From NCBI GenBank assembly GCA_020831845.1, contig JAFIFV010000125.1:714-64713 (forward strand): DNA of 64,000 nucleotides, given 5' to 3'. Shown here in pieces: positions 17,401 through 25,591 of the stretch (positions are counted from its first letter, which is position 1; each line of letters opens with the position of its first letter). This stretch comes from Ectothiorhodospiraceae bacterium (GTDB taxonomy: Bacteria > Pseudomonadota > Gammaproteobacteria > Nitrococcales > Aquisalimonadaceae). The position numbers were made by a program, and so were the translations under genes. The notes beneath the pieces were generated by a model. The model did not search any database, was not told the DNA's origin, and saw only the letters and a program-made list of their open reading frames with translations.

Positions 17401-18747
17401 ATGCGATTTGATTTCGCCACAGCAACACTGATCGGAGCGGCCTCACTTGCTTGGCTGGCCCCCACCGCCATTGGCATGGAAGCCGAACTGGAGGACGAGG
17501 AACAGAATATCTTCCTGCCCGTAGCTGAGGAGCGCACCGACCGGCTGAAGGTGGCAGTCCTCTACAATGACTCCCATGTCCAGATTCGGTACGAATACCC
17601 CACCGATCGGCCAAGCTGGTATCACCAGGTCTGGAAGTACGAGGACGGCGAGTGGGTACGCTACGGCTCCGGCGGCCGCGGCCCGGACCAGCACGGCCTG
17701 TACGAGGACCGCATCTCCATGATGCTGGACGATGGTAGCGTGGACGGTTTCGATCGATACGGCGGCTGGATGCTGGCACATGAGGGCATGCGCACGCTGG
17801 GTTCGGCCGCCGACGCCGATGCTGTGAGGGAGCACCCGAAGCTGGGCCGGGACATGGGCCGCAGTGACGTGCGGAAGTATCTGCCGGGCACGAGGGATGC
17901 GGAGCCGGAGGAAACCTCCTGGGACCGCGTGAAAGACGATGAAACCCTGCGCGCCTTGCAGGAAAACGGCTATTTCCTTGACCTCTGGCAATGGCGGGCC
18001 CACCGCAGCCACCCGGTGGGGCATGCCGACAACGGCTACGTGCTGCATTACCGCCTCTCCTCGGAAGGCCGGGGCATGTATACAGACAACTGGAACGACG
18101 ATGCCGGCCAGCCAGCCTACATGCTGGACCCCGGGAAAACCGGCAAACGCGCGCTGCGCTGGGAGAAACTGCTGGAACGCGGCTACAGCCAGGACGATGC
18201 GTACTTCATCTCGGAAGACAACGCCACGGCCTTCGACCCGGACCACGACTGGCAGGAAGGTGACGTCATCCCCCAGCGCTTCCTGCGCCAGCCGGAGGGC
18301 AGCCGGGGCGCAATCAGCGCCGGCGGCAGGTACCAGGACGGCGCCTGGCGGATCCGGCTTACTCGCACACTGGAGTCCCCCAACCCGCTGGACAGCAAGG
18401 CACTGGAACCCGGCGGCAGCTACACGGTCGCCTTCGCCGTGCACAGCGGCGGTGTCGGCGCACGCTGGCACCGGGTGTCACTGCCGCAATCGCTCAGCCT
18501 CGGAGATGACGGCGATGCCGACATCCAGGCCACCCGCGTGGAAGGCAACCTGGACGAGGCGGGGGCCGAGTGGACGGACATTCCCCTGGTCTACCCCGGA
18601 CAGGTCACCTGGCAATGGCTGCATGGGGATCACCATCCCGGCAGTCCGCTGGTCCGTCAGGGGGCCCTGGGCGTGCGGGACATGCATGACACCCAGCAAC
18701 TCAGCGACTTCATTGCCGACCATGAACGGCGACTGAAGGATCAGTAG
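17401..18747 (+). CDS. secreted ethylbenzene-dehydrogenase-related (EB_dh/DOMON-like haem-binding) domain protein
   Basis: ATG at 17401 with signal peptide. Segments YEYPTDRPSWYHQVWKYEDGEW and DLWQWRAHRSHPVGHADNGYV resemble the EB_dh gamma-subunit-type domain. 18 nt after dctM. Confidence 0.6.
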   Translation: MRFDFATATLIGAASLAWLAPTAIGMEAELEDEEQNIFLPVAEERTDRLKVAVLYNDSHVQIRYEYPTDRPSWYHQVWKYEDGEWVRYGSGGRGPDQHGLYEDRISMMLDDGSVDGFDRYGGWMLAHEGMRTLGSAADADAVREHPKLGRDMGRSDVRKYLPGTRDAEPEETSWDRVKDDETLRALQENGYFLDLWQWRAHRSHPVGHADNGYVLHYRLSSEGRGMYTDNWNDDAGQPAYMLDPGKTGKRALRWEKLLERGYSQDDAYFISEDNATAFDPDHDWQEGDVIPQRFLRQPEGSRGAISAGGRYQDGAWRIRLTRTLESPNPLDSKALEPGGSYTVAFAVHSGGVGARWHRVSLPQSLSLGDDGDADIQATRVEGNLDEAGAEWTDIPLVYPGQVTWQWLHGDHHPGSPLVRQGALGVRDMHDTQQLSDFIADHERRLKDQ

Positions 18748-20714
18748 TCGATGGACAAACCGACGGTAAGGCTGCGCCCCAGCCGCCAGCCATAGTCGCT
18801 ATCCCCACGGTCGGAGGCAAAGACGTTCCCGGCGTCCAGGGTCAACCGGGCCAGCCGCGACAACTGCTGCCAGGCACGCAGGTCCACCACCGTATGGGCA
18901 TCCACCCGCTGATTTTCCGCATCGTCCCTGTACTGGTGGCCAACCCGGGCGATGCGCGCACCAGCGCCGAAACCGCCGCGCCCGGTCCACTCCGGCGCCA
19001 GACCCACGCTGTAGCGGGGAACGAAGGGCAGGCTGCTGCCCGAACTCCGGTCCTCCGCTTCCGTGTAGGCCGCGCTTCCCGAGAGCCTGAAACCGGCCGG
19101 CAGTTCCGCGCGCCATGACAGCTCGGCGCCCTGTATCAACGCCCGATCCACGTTCGCATAGGTGTGAATGGGAATGCCGTCATCCGCATTCACCTCGCCG
19201 CTGTCCCGCCGGATCACACGATCTCGCACCGTGGTACGAAAGTAGCCCAGGCTGTACCAGCCCCGCCCGTCCGCCAGCCGCTGCTCCAGGTTCAGCGTGC
19301 CGCTGTAGGCGGTTTCCGGGGCCAGATCGGGGTTGGACTCCACATAATAGCCGCCGTGCCGCATCAGACCATCGTAATAGAGCTGACGGATCGTGGGGGA
19401 CTTGAACGCCCGACCGGCGGAGGCCCGCACCGTGGTGTCCCGGGTTGCACGCCAGAGCGCGCTCAGCTTGGGGTTGAACTCGTCGCCGAAGGTGTCGTGG
19501 GATTCGTAGCGCAGCCCCGGCACCAGCACGAAGCGGCCACCACCCATCTGGATTTCGTCCTGGACATAGATGCTGTAGGTATTCACGCGCTCATCCACGT
19601 CCACCGGTGGCTGCTCCTGACCATTGACGTAGCTCAGCGAACGGTAGTCGAGACGCTGCCGTTGCCCCTCCGCACCCACGGTCAGCCAGTGCCGGTCGCC
19701 GAAGCGGGTGGCGATGATCTCGGCCTGACGGTAGCCGATGTCGCCCTGCCGGTAGCCATGGTCGAAGCCCGGATACCCCTGCGTGAAATCCTGCTGGTAG
19801 GTGTATCCCTGCACGGCGATCCGGTAACGCCCCTCGTCGTAGGCGGTGCGGGCAGCCAGTCGGTAACTGTCGTATTCCCGGTCGAACCGGCTCGGACCGG
19901 CCGGCAACTCGCGCCGACTACGTTCCACGTCCGCGCTCAGCCCCAGCGAGAAAGGTCCAGGGAAATCTGTTTCCCACCGGCTGAACAAGGCATCCCGCGT
20001 CGTCAGGCGGGAGCTCGCGTCGTTGCCCTCGTCTTCCTCCCGGCTGTAGTGCAGATAGTAGCCTGAGCGTTCGCCGACGCGGTCACCGTAGGCGGCATGG
20101 CTACGCAGCCGGGTACGAACCCTGTCCCTGGGCGACTGGCCGGCACGGTCCAGCATCTCGTAGCGCCCGAAGCTGGTTCCGGCCGAGGCCACCGGGCCGG
20201 AGGGGACCGGCCGGGTGATGACATTCACCACGCCGGCCATGGCATCGGCTCCGTAGAGCGCCGACCCGGCCCCCCGCACCACCTCCACGCGCTCCACCAT
20301 GGACAGCGGGATCTGGTTCAGGCTCACCCCGTAGTCGCCGTGCGCTCCCAACCCGCCATGCACGCGCTGGCCGTCCACGAGAATCAGGCCGTAGCCCTCG
20401 TTGAACTGCAAACCCCGCATGCTGCTGCGCAGGTTGTCGGCGCCGATCACGTCATCCAGCAGGCTGGTATCGATACCGGGTACGGTGCCCAACGCAGCGG
20501 CGAGGTTGCCGGCCCCGCTGCGCTCCAGGTCTGCGCGGTCCAGCAACACGGTTTCCACGGGCACCGAGTCCAGTGCGTGCGGGGTGCGGGTACCCGTAAC
20601 GACCAGCGGCTCCAGCGCCCGGGCATCGATCGGGCCGGTTCCGGTTTCGGCCAGCGCCACGCCCGAACAAGCGATCGCCAACGGCAGCAGAGCCGCCCTT
20701 CGCCATGGGTGCAT
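18741..20714 (-). CDS. TonB-dependent outer membrane receptor (last gene of nik operon)
   Basis: Start MHPWRRAALLPLAIA.. at 20714. Plug motifs (LEPLVVTGTR, VEVVRGAGSALYG). C-terminal ..GLSIDY. Start codon lies 1 nt after the nikO stop. Confidence 0.9.
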   Translation of the reverse strand: MHPWRRAALLPLAIACSGVALAETGTGPIDARALEPLVVTGTRTPHALDSVPVETVLLDRADLERSGAGNLAAALGTVPGIDTSLLDDVIGADNLRSSMRGLQFNEGYGLILVDGQRVHGGLGAHGDYGVSLNQIPLSMVERVEVVRGAGSALYGADAMAGVVNVITRPVPSGPVASAGTSFGRYEMLDRAGQSPRDRVRTRLRSHAAYGDRVGERSGYYLHYSREEDEGNDASSRLTTRDALFSRWETDFPGPFSLGLSADVERSRRELPAGPSRFDREYDSYRLAARTAYDEGRYRIAVQGYTYQQDFTQGYPGFDHGYRQGDIGYRQAEIIATRFGDRHWLTVGAEGQRQRLDYRSLSYVNGQEQPPVDVDERVNTYSIYVQDEIQMGGGRFVLVPGLRYESHDTFGDEFNPKLSALWRATRDTTVRASAGRAFKSPTIRQLYYDGLMRHGGYYVESNPDLAPETAYSGTLNLEQRLADGRGWYSLGYFRTTVRDRVIRRDSGEVNADDGIPIHTYANVDRALIQGAELSWRAELPAGFRLSGSAAYTEAEDRSSGSSLPFVPRYSVGLAPEWTGRGGFGAGARIARVGHQYRDDAENQRVDAHTVVDLRAWQQLSRLARLTLDAGNVFASDRGDSDYGWRLGRSLTVGLSIDY

Positions 20715-20715
20715 G

Positions 20716-21489
20716 TCAGCTCCATTCCTGGTGTGTATGTATCCGGACCGCTTCGCCGCGGCGGCGGCGATGACGGTGGGCGAGGTTGGCCCGCCACAGC
20801 AGTTCCTGATCCGACAGCGCGGCGGCCAGCGGACCGTCATAGATCAGCCGGTGGTCCTCGGACAGCATCAGGGCGCGGTCCCCCAGCTCGGCAGCCAGAC
20901 TCAGGTTGTGCGTGCTGACAACCGTGGTGACCTGCTCCAGATCCAGCAGGAAGTCCACAAGCCAGCCGGTGGCGCGTGGATCCAGGTTGGCGGTGGGTTC
21001 GTCCATCAGCAGGAGCGCCGGCTCCAGCACCAGTACCGCGGCCAGGCACAGCCGCTGCTTTTCGCCGCCACTGAGGCGGAATGGAGGGGTATCCAGCAAG
21101 TCCGACAGGCCCAGCTCGGCCGCCCAGTGCCGGATACGCCGATCCCGCTCCTCAACCGGGAGCTGACGCAAGCTGTAGCCGATCTCCTCGGCCACGGTGG
21201 GATTGAACAGCATGGCGTCGGGATCCTGGAACAGCAGCCCCACCTGACGACGGAATTCGCGGCTCCAGCGTCGGTCCCGCAGCTGCCCGTGCGTCAGCGC
21301 CGTCCCCTGGAAAAGCACCTGCCCCTGCTGCGGAAGCAACAAGCCATTCATCAGTTTCAGCAGCGTGCTCTTGCCGCAGCCATTGGCGCCCAGCAACACC
21401 ACCCGTTCGCCGGCCGCGATGTGCAGGCTGACGTTGTCCAGCGCAACGCCGTACTCGTGGTGGAAACTCACACCGTCAAGGACGATCAT
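20716..21489 (-). CDS. nikO: ECF-type Ni/Co transporter ATPase (CbiO/NikO)
   Basis: Walker A GANGCGKST, LSGGEKQR, LLMDEP. Confidence 0.85.
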   Translation of the reverse strand: MIVLDGVSFHHEYGVALDNVSLHIAAGERVVLLGANGCGKSTLLKLMNGLLLPQQGQVLFQGTALTHGQLRDRRWSREFRRQVGLLFQDPDAMLFNPTVAEEIGYSLRQLPVEERDRRIRHWAAELGLSDLLDTPPFRLSGGEKQRLCLAAVLVLEPALLLMDEPTANLDPRATGWLVDFLLDLEQVTTVVSTHNLSLAAELGDRALMLSEDHRLIYDGPLAAALSDQELLWRANLAHRHRRRRGEAVRIHTHQEWS

Positions 21490-22033
21490 CGAACACCCCG
21501 CGCGAACGCATGCCCTGACTCAGCGATTCCGCCTGCGCCTGCGCCTTGTCCATCAGCACCACGCCCTGGCGGGCCGCGCTGCGGTAATGATCCCGCAGTC
21601 GTGGCGGCTGAACGCTTCGACTTCTGAACGCGTGGCGGTAGTCCTGCACCAGGCGGCGCATCAGCAGGATCTGGTTGATCGCGACCACGGCCAGAAAGCG
21701 GCTGGCCGGCCCAACGGAAAGCGCTCGAACCAGATCGATCCGGGCCGCCAGCCAGAGCGTCAACACAGTCAGCAGCAGCACCCTCAGGTTCAGTCGGATC
21801 ACCGTCAAGGCCCAGGGGTTGCCCTGCCACAGGGACAATGCGACATAACCACCACTGACCATCAGGTTCACCAACAGCACCGCGAGCAGCGCGCGCCAAA
21901 GCAACCGGGGAGCCAGCCGGCCAGCCGCCAGCAGTACGGCAAGCAGAATGATTGCCAGCCAGAGCGGCTCGTGCAGGAAACTCACCGCCACCACTGCCAG
22001 CAGATAGGCAGCCAGCCAGAAACGCGGACTCAT
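21476..22033 (-). CDS. nikQ: ECF transporter transmembrane component (CbiQ/NikQ)
   Basis: 185-aa polytopic protein between the M and O components, overlapping both. Confidence 0.7.
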   Translation of the reverse strand: MSPRFWLAAYLLAVVAVSFLHEPLWLAIILLAVLLAAGRLAPRLLWRALLAVLLVNLMVSGGYVALSLWQGNPWALTVIRLNLRVLLLTVLTLWLAARIDLVRALSVGPASRFLAVVAINQILLMRRLVQDYRHAFRSRSVQPPRLRDHYRSAARQGVVLMDKAQAQAESLSQGMRSRGVFDDRP

Positions 22034-22677
22034 GGCATTGCTCCCGAGCGCCTCGGTCCTGCCATGCGCAGGATCATCCAGGTCAGCAAACCCTCGCCCA
22101 GACCAATCAGAAGATGGGGCAGCACGATGGCCGGCACCGTGACCGCCGCCGTGAACGGAAAGAACAGCGGCCGCCCGGCATCATCCGTGGCCAGCAGCGG
22201 CTGTGCACCGAGCACCAGTGCCATTGCCGTGGCCGAGAGCAGCACCGAGAGCCAGACCGCCACAACCTGAGCGGTTGCTGCGTGCCAGCGGCGCAATAGC
22301 CCATGCAGGCCCACCGCCAGCGCCGCGCCCAGCAGGCCCATGATCAGTGCGTTCACCGGCAGGCTGGTGATGCCTCCGGCACCGAACAGCAGCGCCTGCA
22401 GCAGCAGGACCAGGCTGTAGGCGAGGAAGGCCGGCCAGATACCGAATGCCAGGGCCAGCAGGCCGACGCCCAGCAGGTGTCCCGAGGTGCCGCCGGGCAG
22501 CGGGATCATGACGGTGGTCAGCACAAAAGCAAGTGCGGTCAGCACCGCCAGCCTCGGGATGGTCTGCTCGTCCAGTTGCGCCGCCACCCGGCGGACGGCG
22601 TACATCCAGGCGGGAACGGCCAGCGCGGCGGCGGGCAGAAAGGTTTGTGGCGACAGAAAGCCGTCAGGGATATGCAT
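22030..22677 (-). CDS. nikM: Ni/Co ECF substrate-capture component (CbiM/NikM)
   Basis: Diagnostic N-terminus MHIPDGFLSP and about 6 TM helices. Confidence 0.9.
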   Translation of the reverse strand: MHIPDGFLSPQTFLPAAALAVPAWMYAVRRVAAQLDEQTIPRLAVLTALAFVLTTVMIPLPGGTSGHLLGVGLLALAFGIWPAFLAYSLVLLLQALLFGAGGITSLPVNALIMGLLGAALAVGLHGLLRRWHAATAQVVAVWLSVLLSATAMALVLGAQPLLATDDAGRPLFFPFTAAVTVPAIVLPHLLIGLGEGLLTWMILRMAGPRRSGAMP

Positions 22678-22679
22678 GG

Positions 22680-23117
22680 TTACGAGCCAGCCCGATGCCG
22701 GTGCCTCCAGAACAGCAGCAGGCCACCCAGCCCGAGCAGGTAGCCGACACCTGCCAGCACCGCGGCAAGGCGTGGCAGGCCGGGCCCATGGACTTCCTCC
22801 AGTTGGGCCTGCGCGTCGACTGCCAATGTCAGTTCGAGCCCGTGGCCATCGTCCGTGGTGACACGCAGACGCCAGTCGCCGGGGCGATCGGGCACCAGTG
22901 TCACCCGGCCGAGGCCATCCGTGCGGCCGACTTGGAAAGCAACGGATTCTTCCGGCCGAAACACTTCATAGGATTCGTAGATGGGCGGATCGCCGTATGG
23001 GAAATCCAACTCCACCACCAGGGCCTGTCCCGCCTGCACCCGGTACTGGATATCGTGGGCCAGAACCCCTGGCGAGCAGAGCCCCAGCACCACAAGCAGG
23101 CCCAGCCAGCGCATCAT
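22680..23117 (-). CDS. nickel-transport accessory protein (NikL-like; signal peptide + beta domain + C-terminal TM)
   Basis: Position between nikK and nikM. Signal peptide and C-terminal helix LAAVLAGVGYLLGLGGLLLFW. Confidence 0.5.
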   Translation of the reverse strand: MMRWLGLLVVLGLCSPGVLAHDIQYRVQAGQALVVELDFPYGDPPIYESYEVFRPEESVAFQVGRTDGLGRVTLVPDRPGDWRLRVTTDDGHGLELTLAVDAQAQLEEVHGPGLPRLAAVLAGVGYLLGLGGLLLFWRHRHRAGS

Positions 23118-23896
23118 TCGTCCACCGCCACATGGAACGTCAGTGTGGCGGCAAATGTCTGCGTATCGCAGACCTCAGGGTCAGGATAGGGCGTGCTGGC
23201 GTGACTGCGCAGCATCCAGCGCCCACCGGCATTCAGCGGCACCGTCGCGAAACCCTCCCCATCGGTTTCGGTCTCCAGCGCCGGCGTTTCTCCGTTCGAC
23301 TCGCTCAAGGCCACCAGAGGCCCCTGGTAGGGGCTCCCCTGGAACAGCACCAGGACGCGCAGCGTGTCGCCGCGCCGCAAGCCCGTCACATCGGATTGCG
23401 GCACCACTTCCAGCACGTGCCCCACCGGCGCAGCGGGCACCGGAGGGGCGGGCGTCCCGACGCGCACCATCGTCTTCATGCTGTTACCGGAATAGCTGCA
23501 GCTCACCGCATCCGGCACATCCCGGCGCGACTGCCGGAGGCCCCCCGCAGGGGTCCGGGACCAATACCCCCGGACCTGGGTGGCTGCGGCCAGATAGACC
23601 CCGGGGGGTGTCAATGCATCGCTATGAAACCCCTGATCGCCGTCCCGGGATATCGAGACGTCCGCGCCGTCAGCCGAGAGAATTCGAAGCCCCGCTATCC
23701 TGTCAGCCTCCAGCACGGCTTCGTCCCCGAAATGATGCCCCCAACCGGGTGTGATGGACAGCGAGTCTCCGGGCTGGAGCCGGAAGCTTTCCGGAACCAG
23801 CCAGGGGTAGTGCGCCAGCCCGGCACCCGTATACGCCATGCAGCAAATCACCACTGACCAGCGCAACGCACTTGTCAGGACCAAAGCCCGGATCAT
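23114..23896 (-). CDS. nikK: DUF4198/NikK periplasmic nickel-uptake component
   Basis: AHYPWLVP.. N-terminus and length typical of DUF4198. First gene of the operon. Confidence 0.7.
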   Translation of the reverse strand: MIRALVLTSALRWSVVICCMAYTGAGLAHYPWLVPESFRLQPGDSLSITPGWGHHFGDEAVLEADRIAGLRILSADGADVSISRDGDQGFHSDALTPPGVYLAAATQVRGYWSRTPAGGLRQSRRDVPDAVSCSYSGNSMKTMVRVGTPAPPVPAAPVGHVLEVVPQSDVTGLRRGDTLRVLVLFQGSPYQGPLVALSESNGETPALETETDGEGFATVPLNAGGRWMLRSHASTPYPDPEVCDTQTFAATLTFHVAVDE

Positions 23897-23915
23897 CCCC
23901 CTCTCCCCGCATGCA

Positions 23916-23943
23916 GTATGAAAAAAAGATCGTTTTTTCTTAT
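23916..23943. promoter_or_regulatory. candidate NikR operator
   Basis: GTATGA-N16-TCTTAT (E. coli type is GTATGA-N16-TCATAC), 20 nt upstream of the nikK start. The inner A6..T6 is near-palindromic. Confidence 0.4.
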
Positions 23944-24101
23944 CACAAGATATGCCAACGCATGCGTACTTGCCCGCTTTTCCGCTGATTCAGGAACATG
24001 GGAAACTTGCCGTCCGGTCGCCAGGATGCGTAACGGCCACCGGACGCACTAATAGTGTGCAGAACCTGCTATCGAATGCCCGATATTGGGGCGCACCTCG
24101 G

Positions 24102-24521
24102 TCAGCCCGTCTGCACCAGTGCCAGCGGCACCACTTCCAGATGGCCGTGGCGCACGCCGCGGCGGGTCATGGTCTCCTCCGCAAACGCCTGAAGCTGCGC
24201 TCGCGGGCCACGCAGCACCACCGTCTCCAGGCAGTTGTCATGGTCGAGGTGCACATGCAGCGTGGCGATTCCCAGATGGAAATGACTGTGGTGATCGGCG
24301 ATCAGGCGCTGACCCAGCCCCCAGGCGTGGTGATCATAGACATAGGTCAGCACGCCCAGGCACGGCTCATCGTCCGCACCGGAATCAGGCGTGCTGGCCA
24401 GCAACTGCCGCAGAAGATCCCGGACCGCTTCGGAGCGGCTGCTGTAGCCCCGCCGCTTGCGATAAGCATCGAAGGCCTCGGCCAGCCCCTTATCCAGCGA
24501 GACGGTAAAGCGCTCGGTCAT
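24102..24521 (-). CDS. nikR: nickel-responsive transcriptional regulator NikR
   Basis: RHH N-terminus (RFTVSLDKGLAEAFDAY..GYSSRSEAVRDLL) and C-terminal His/Cys metal site (HHSHFH..HVHLDHDNCLE). Confidence 0.9.
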   Translation of the reverse strand: MTERFTVSLDKGLAEAFDAYRKRRGYSSRSEAVRDLLRQLLASTPDSGADDEPCLGVLTYVYDHHAWGLGQRLIADHHSHFHLGIATLHVHLDHDNCLETVVLRGPRAQLQAFAEETMTRRGVRHGHLEVVPLALVQTG

Positions 24522-25366
24522 TGTGCTTCCTGCTTCTTCCCTTCCCCGTCAAGCTCATGGTGATACAGGTGCACATCCCGCTGTGGGTAGGGAATGGTAA
24601 TTCCCTCTTCGTCGAAGCGCCGCTTGATACGCTCCGTCAGATCCCAGTACACGCCCCAGTAATCCTCCGCCTTTACCCAGGGCCGCACAATCCAGTCCAC
24701 ACTGGAGTCACCATGGGCCGACATGCGGATGTTCGGCGCCGGCTCCTTCAGCACGCGCTCGTCGCTGTCGACGATGCCGCGCAGCACCTCCCGCACCTTG
24801 TCGCTATCGTCGTCGTAACTGACGCTGGCGACCAGGTCTACCCGCCGGGTCGGATGGGAGGAGTAATTGGTGATGGTGCCGCTCATCATCTGACCGTTGG
24901 GCACGATCACGCGCCGGTTGTCCGGCGTGTTGAGCACAGTGGTGAAGATCTGCACCTCGTCAATGGTGCCGGCCACACCCCCGCCCTCAATATAGTCGCC
25001 GACACGGTATGGGCGGAAGATGATAATCAGCACGCCGGCCGCGAAATTGGCCAGCGAGCCTTGCAGCGCCAGGCCAACCGCGAGGCCAGCAGCACCCAGC
25101 ACTGCGATCAGTGATGTGGTCTGGATACCCACCTGGCTGATCGCCGCCAGGACGACGAATATCAGCAACAACGCGTAGATCATGTTGCCGAGGAACTTGA
25201 CCAGGATGGGTTCGAGCTTCGCTCGCTCCATCGCCTTCACGACCAGACGATGCACGAACAGCGCCACCCAGCGCCCGACAAGAAAGATGACAATCGCGGC
25301 GAGCAGGTTCAGAACCAGCTCCGTTCCGCTTTCCTGAATAACCAGGACGATTTCTTCTGTTTCCAT
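24518..25366 (-). CDS. mscS: small-conductance mechanosensitive channel (MscS family)
   Basis: Three TM helices followed by FRPYRVGDYIE..GTIDEVQIFTTVLNTPDNRRVIVPNG. Confidence 0.9.
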   Translation of the reverse strand: METEEIVLVIQESGTELVLNLLAAIVIFLVGRWVALFVHRLVVKAMERAKLEPILVKFLGNMIYALLLIFVVLAAISQVGIQTTSLIAVLGAAGLAVGLALQGSLANFAAGVLIIIFRPYRVGDYIEGGGVAGTIDEVQIFTTVLNTPDNRRVIVPNGQMMSGTITNYSSHPTRRVDLVASVSYDDDSDKVREVLRGIVDSDERVLKEPAPNIRMSAHGDSSVDWIVRPWVKAEDYWGVYWDLTERIKRRFDEEGITIPYPQRDVHLYHHELDGEGKKQEAQ

Positions 25367-25591
25367 GGATAGGCTCTCTTCTGACTTGCGCTACAATGCC
25401 CGGGGTAATTTCGCCTGACGGGACGAACAGTCCGATGCAGTCAGGCTGCTGAAGTATGGAACACAATCACAAAAGACGGACCGCATCACAGCATTGCCGT
25501 GCCGAGGGGCTCATGATGCGGGGTATACGGAAGCCCTCGCCAGCGGCGCCACGGAGAAGCGCACGGTAATGAACCATTCACTGACCGTTGC

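Noticed and set aside
16058-17779. 573-aa minus-strand ORF antisense to dctM. Similar long antisense ORFs occur at 25901-27688 (595 aa), 58686-60008 (440 aa), 40852-42426 (524 aa), 3593-4537, 300-1154, 45563-46897, 36908-38116 and 61463-62503.
   Set aside because: These are typical shadow ORFs of high-GC DNA. Their translations are Arg/Gly/Pro/His-rich and low in complexity, with no recognisable motifs. Each lies opposite a gene with a clear family signature.
23897-24101. Possible riboswitch (B12 or NiCo) in the nikK leader / nikR downstream region.
   Set aside because: It contains only a single hairpin (24011-24046), which is more simply read as a nikR terminator, plus a NikR-box-like palindrome. 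I saw no multi-stem conserved core.
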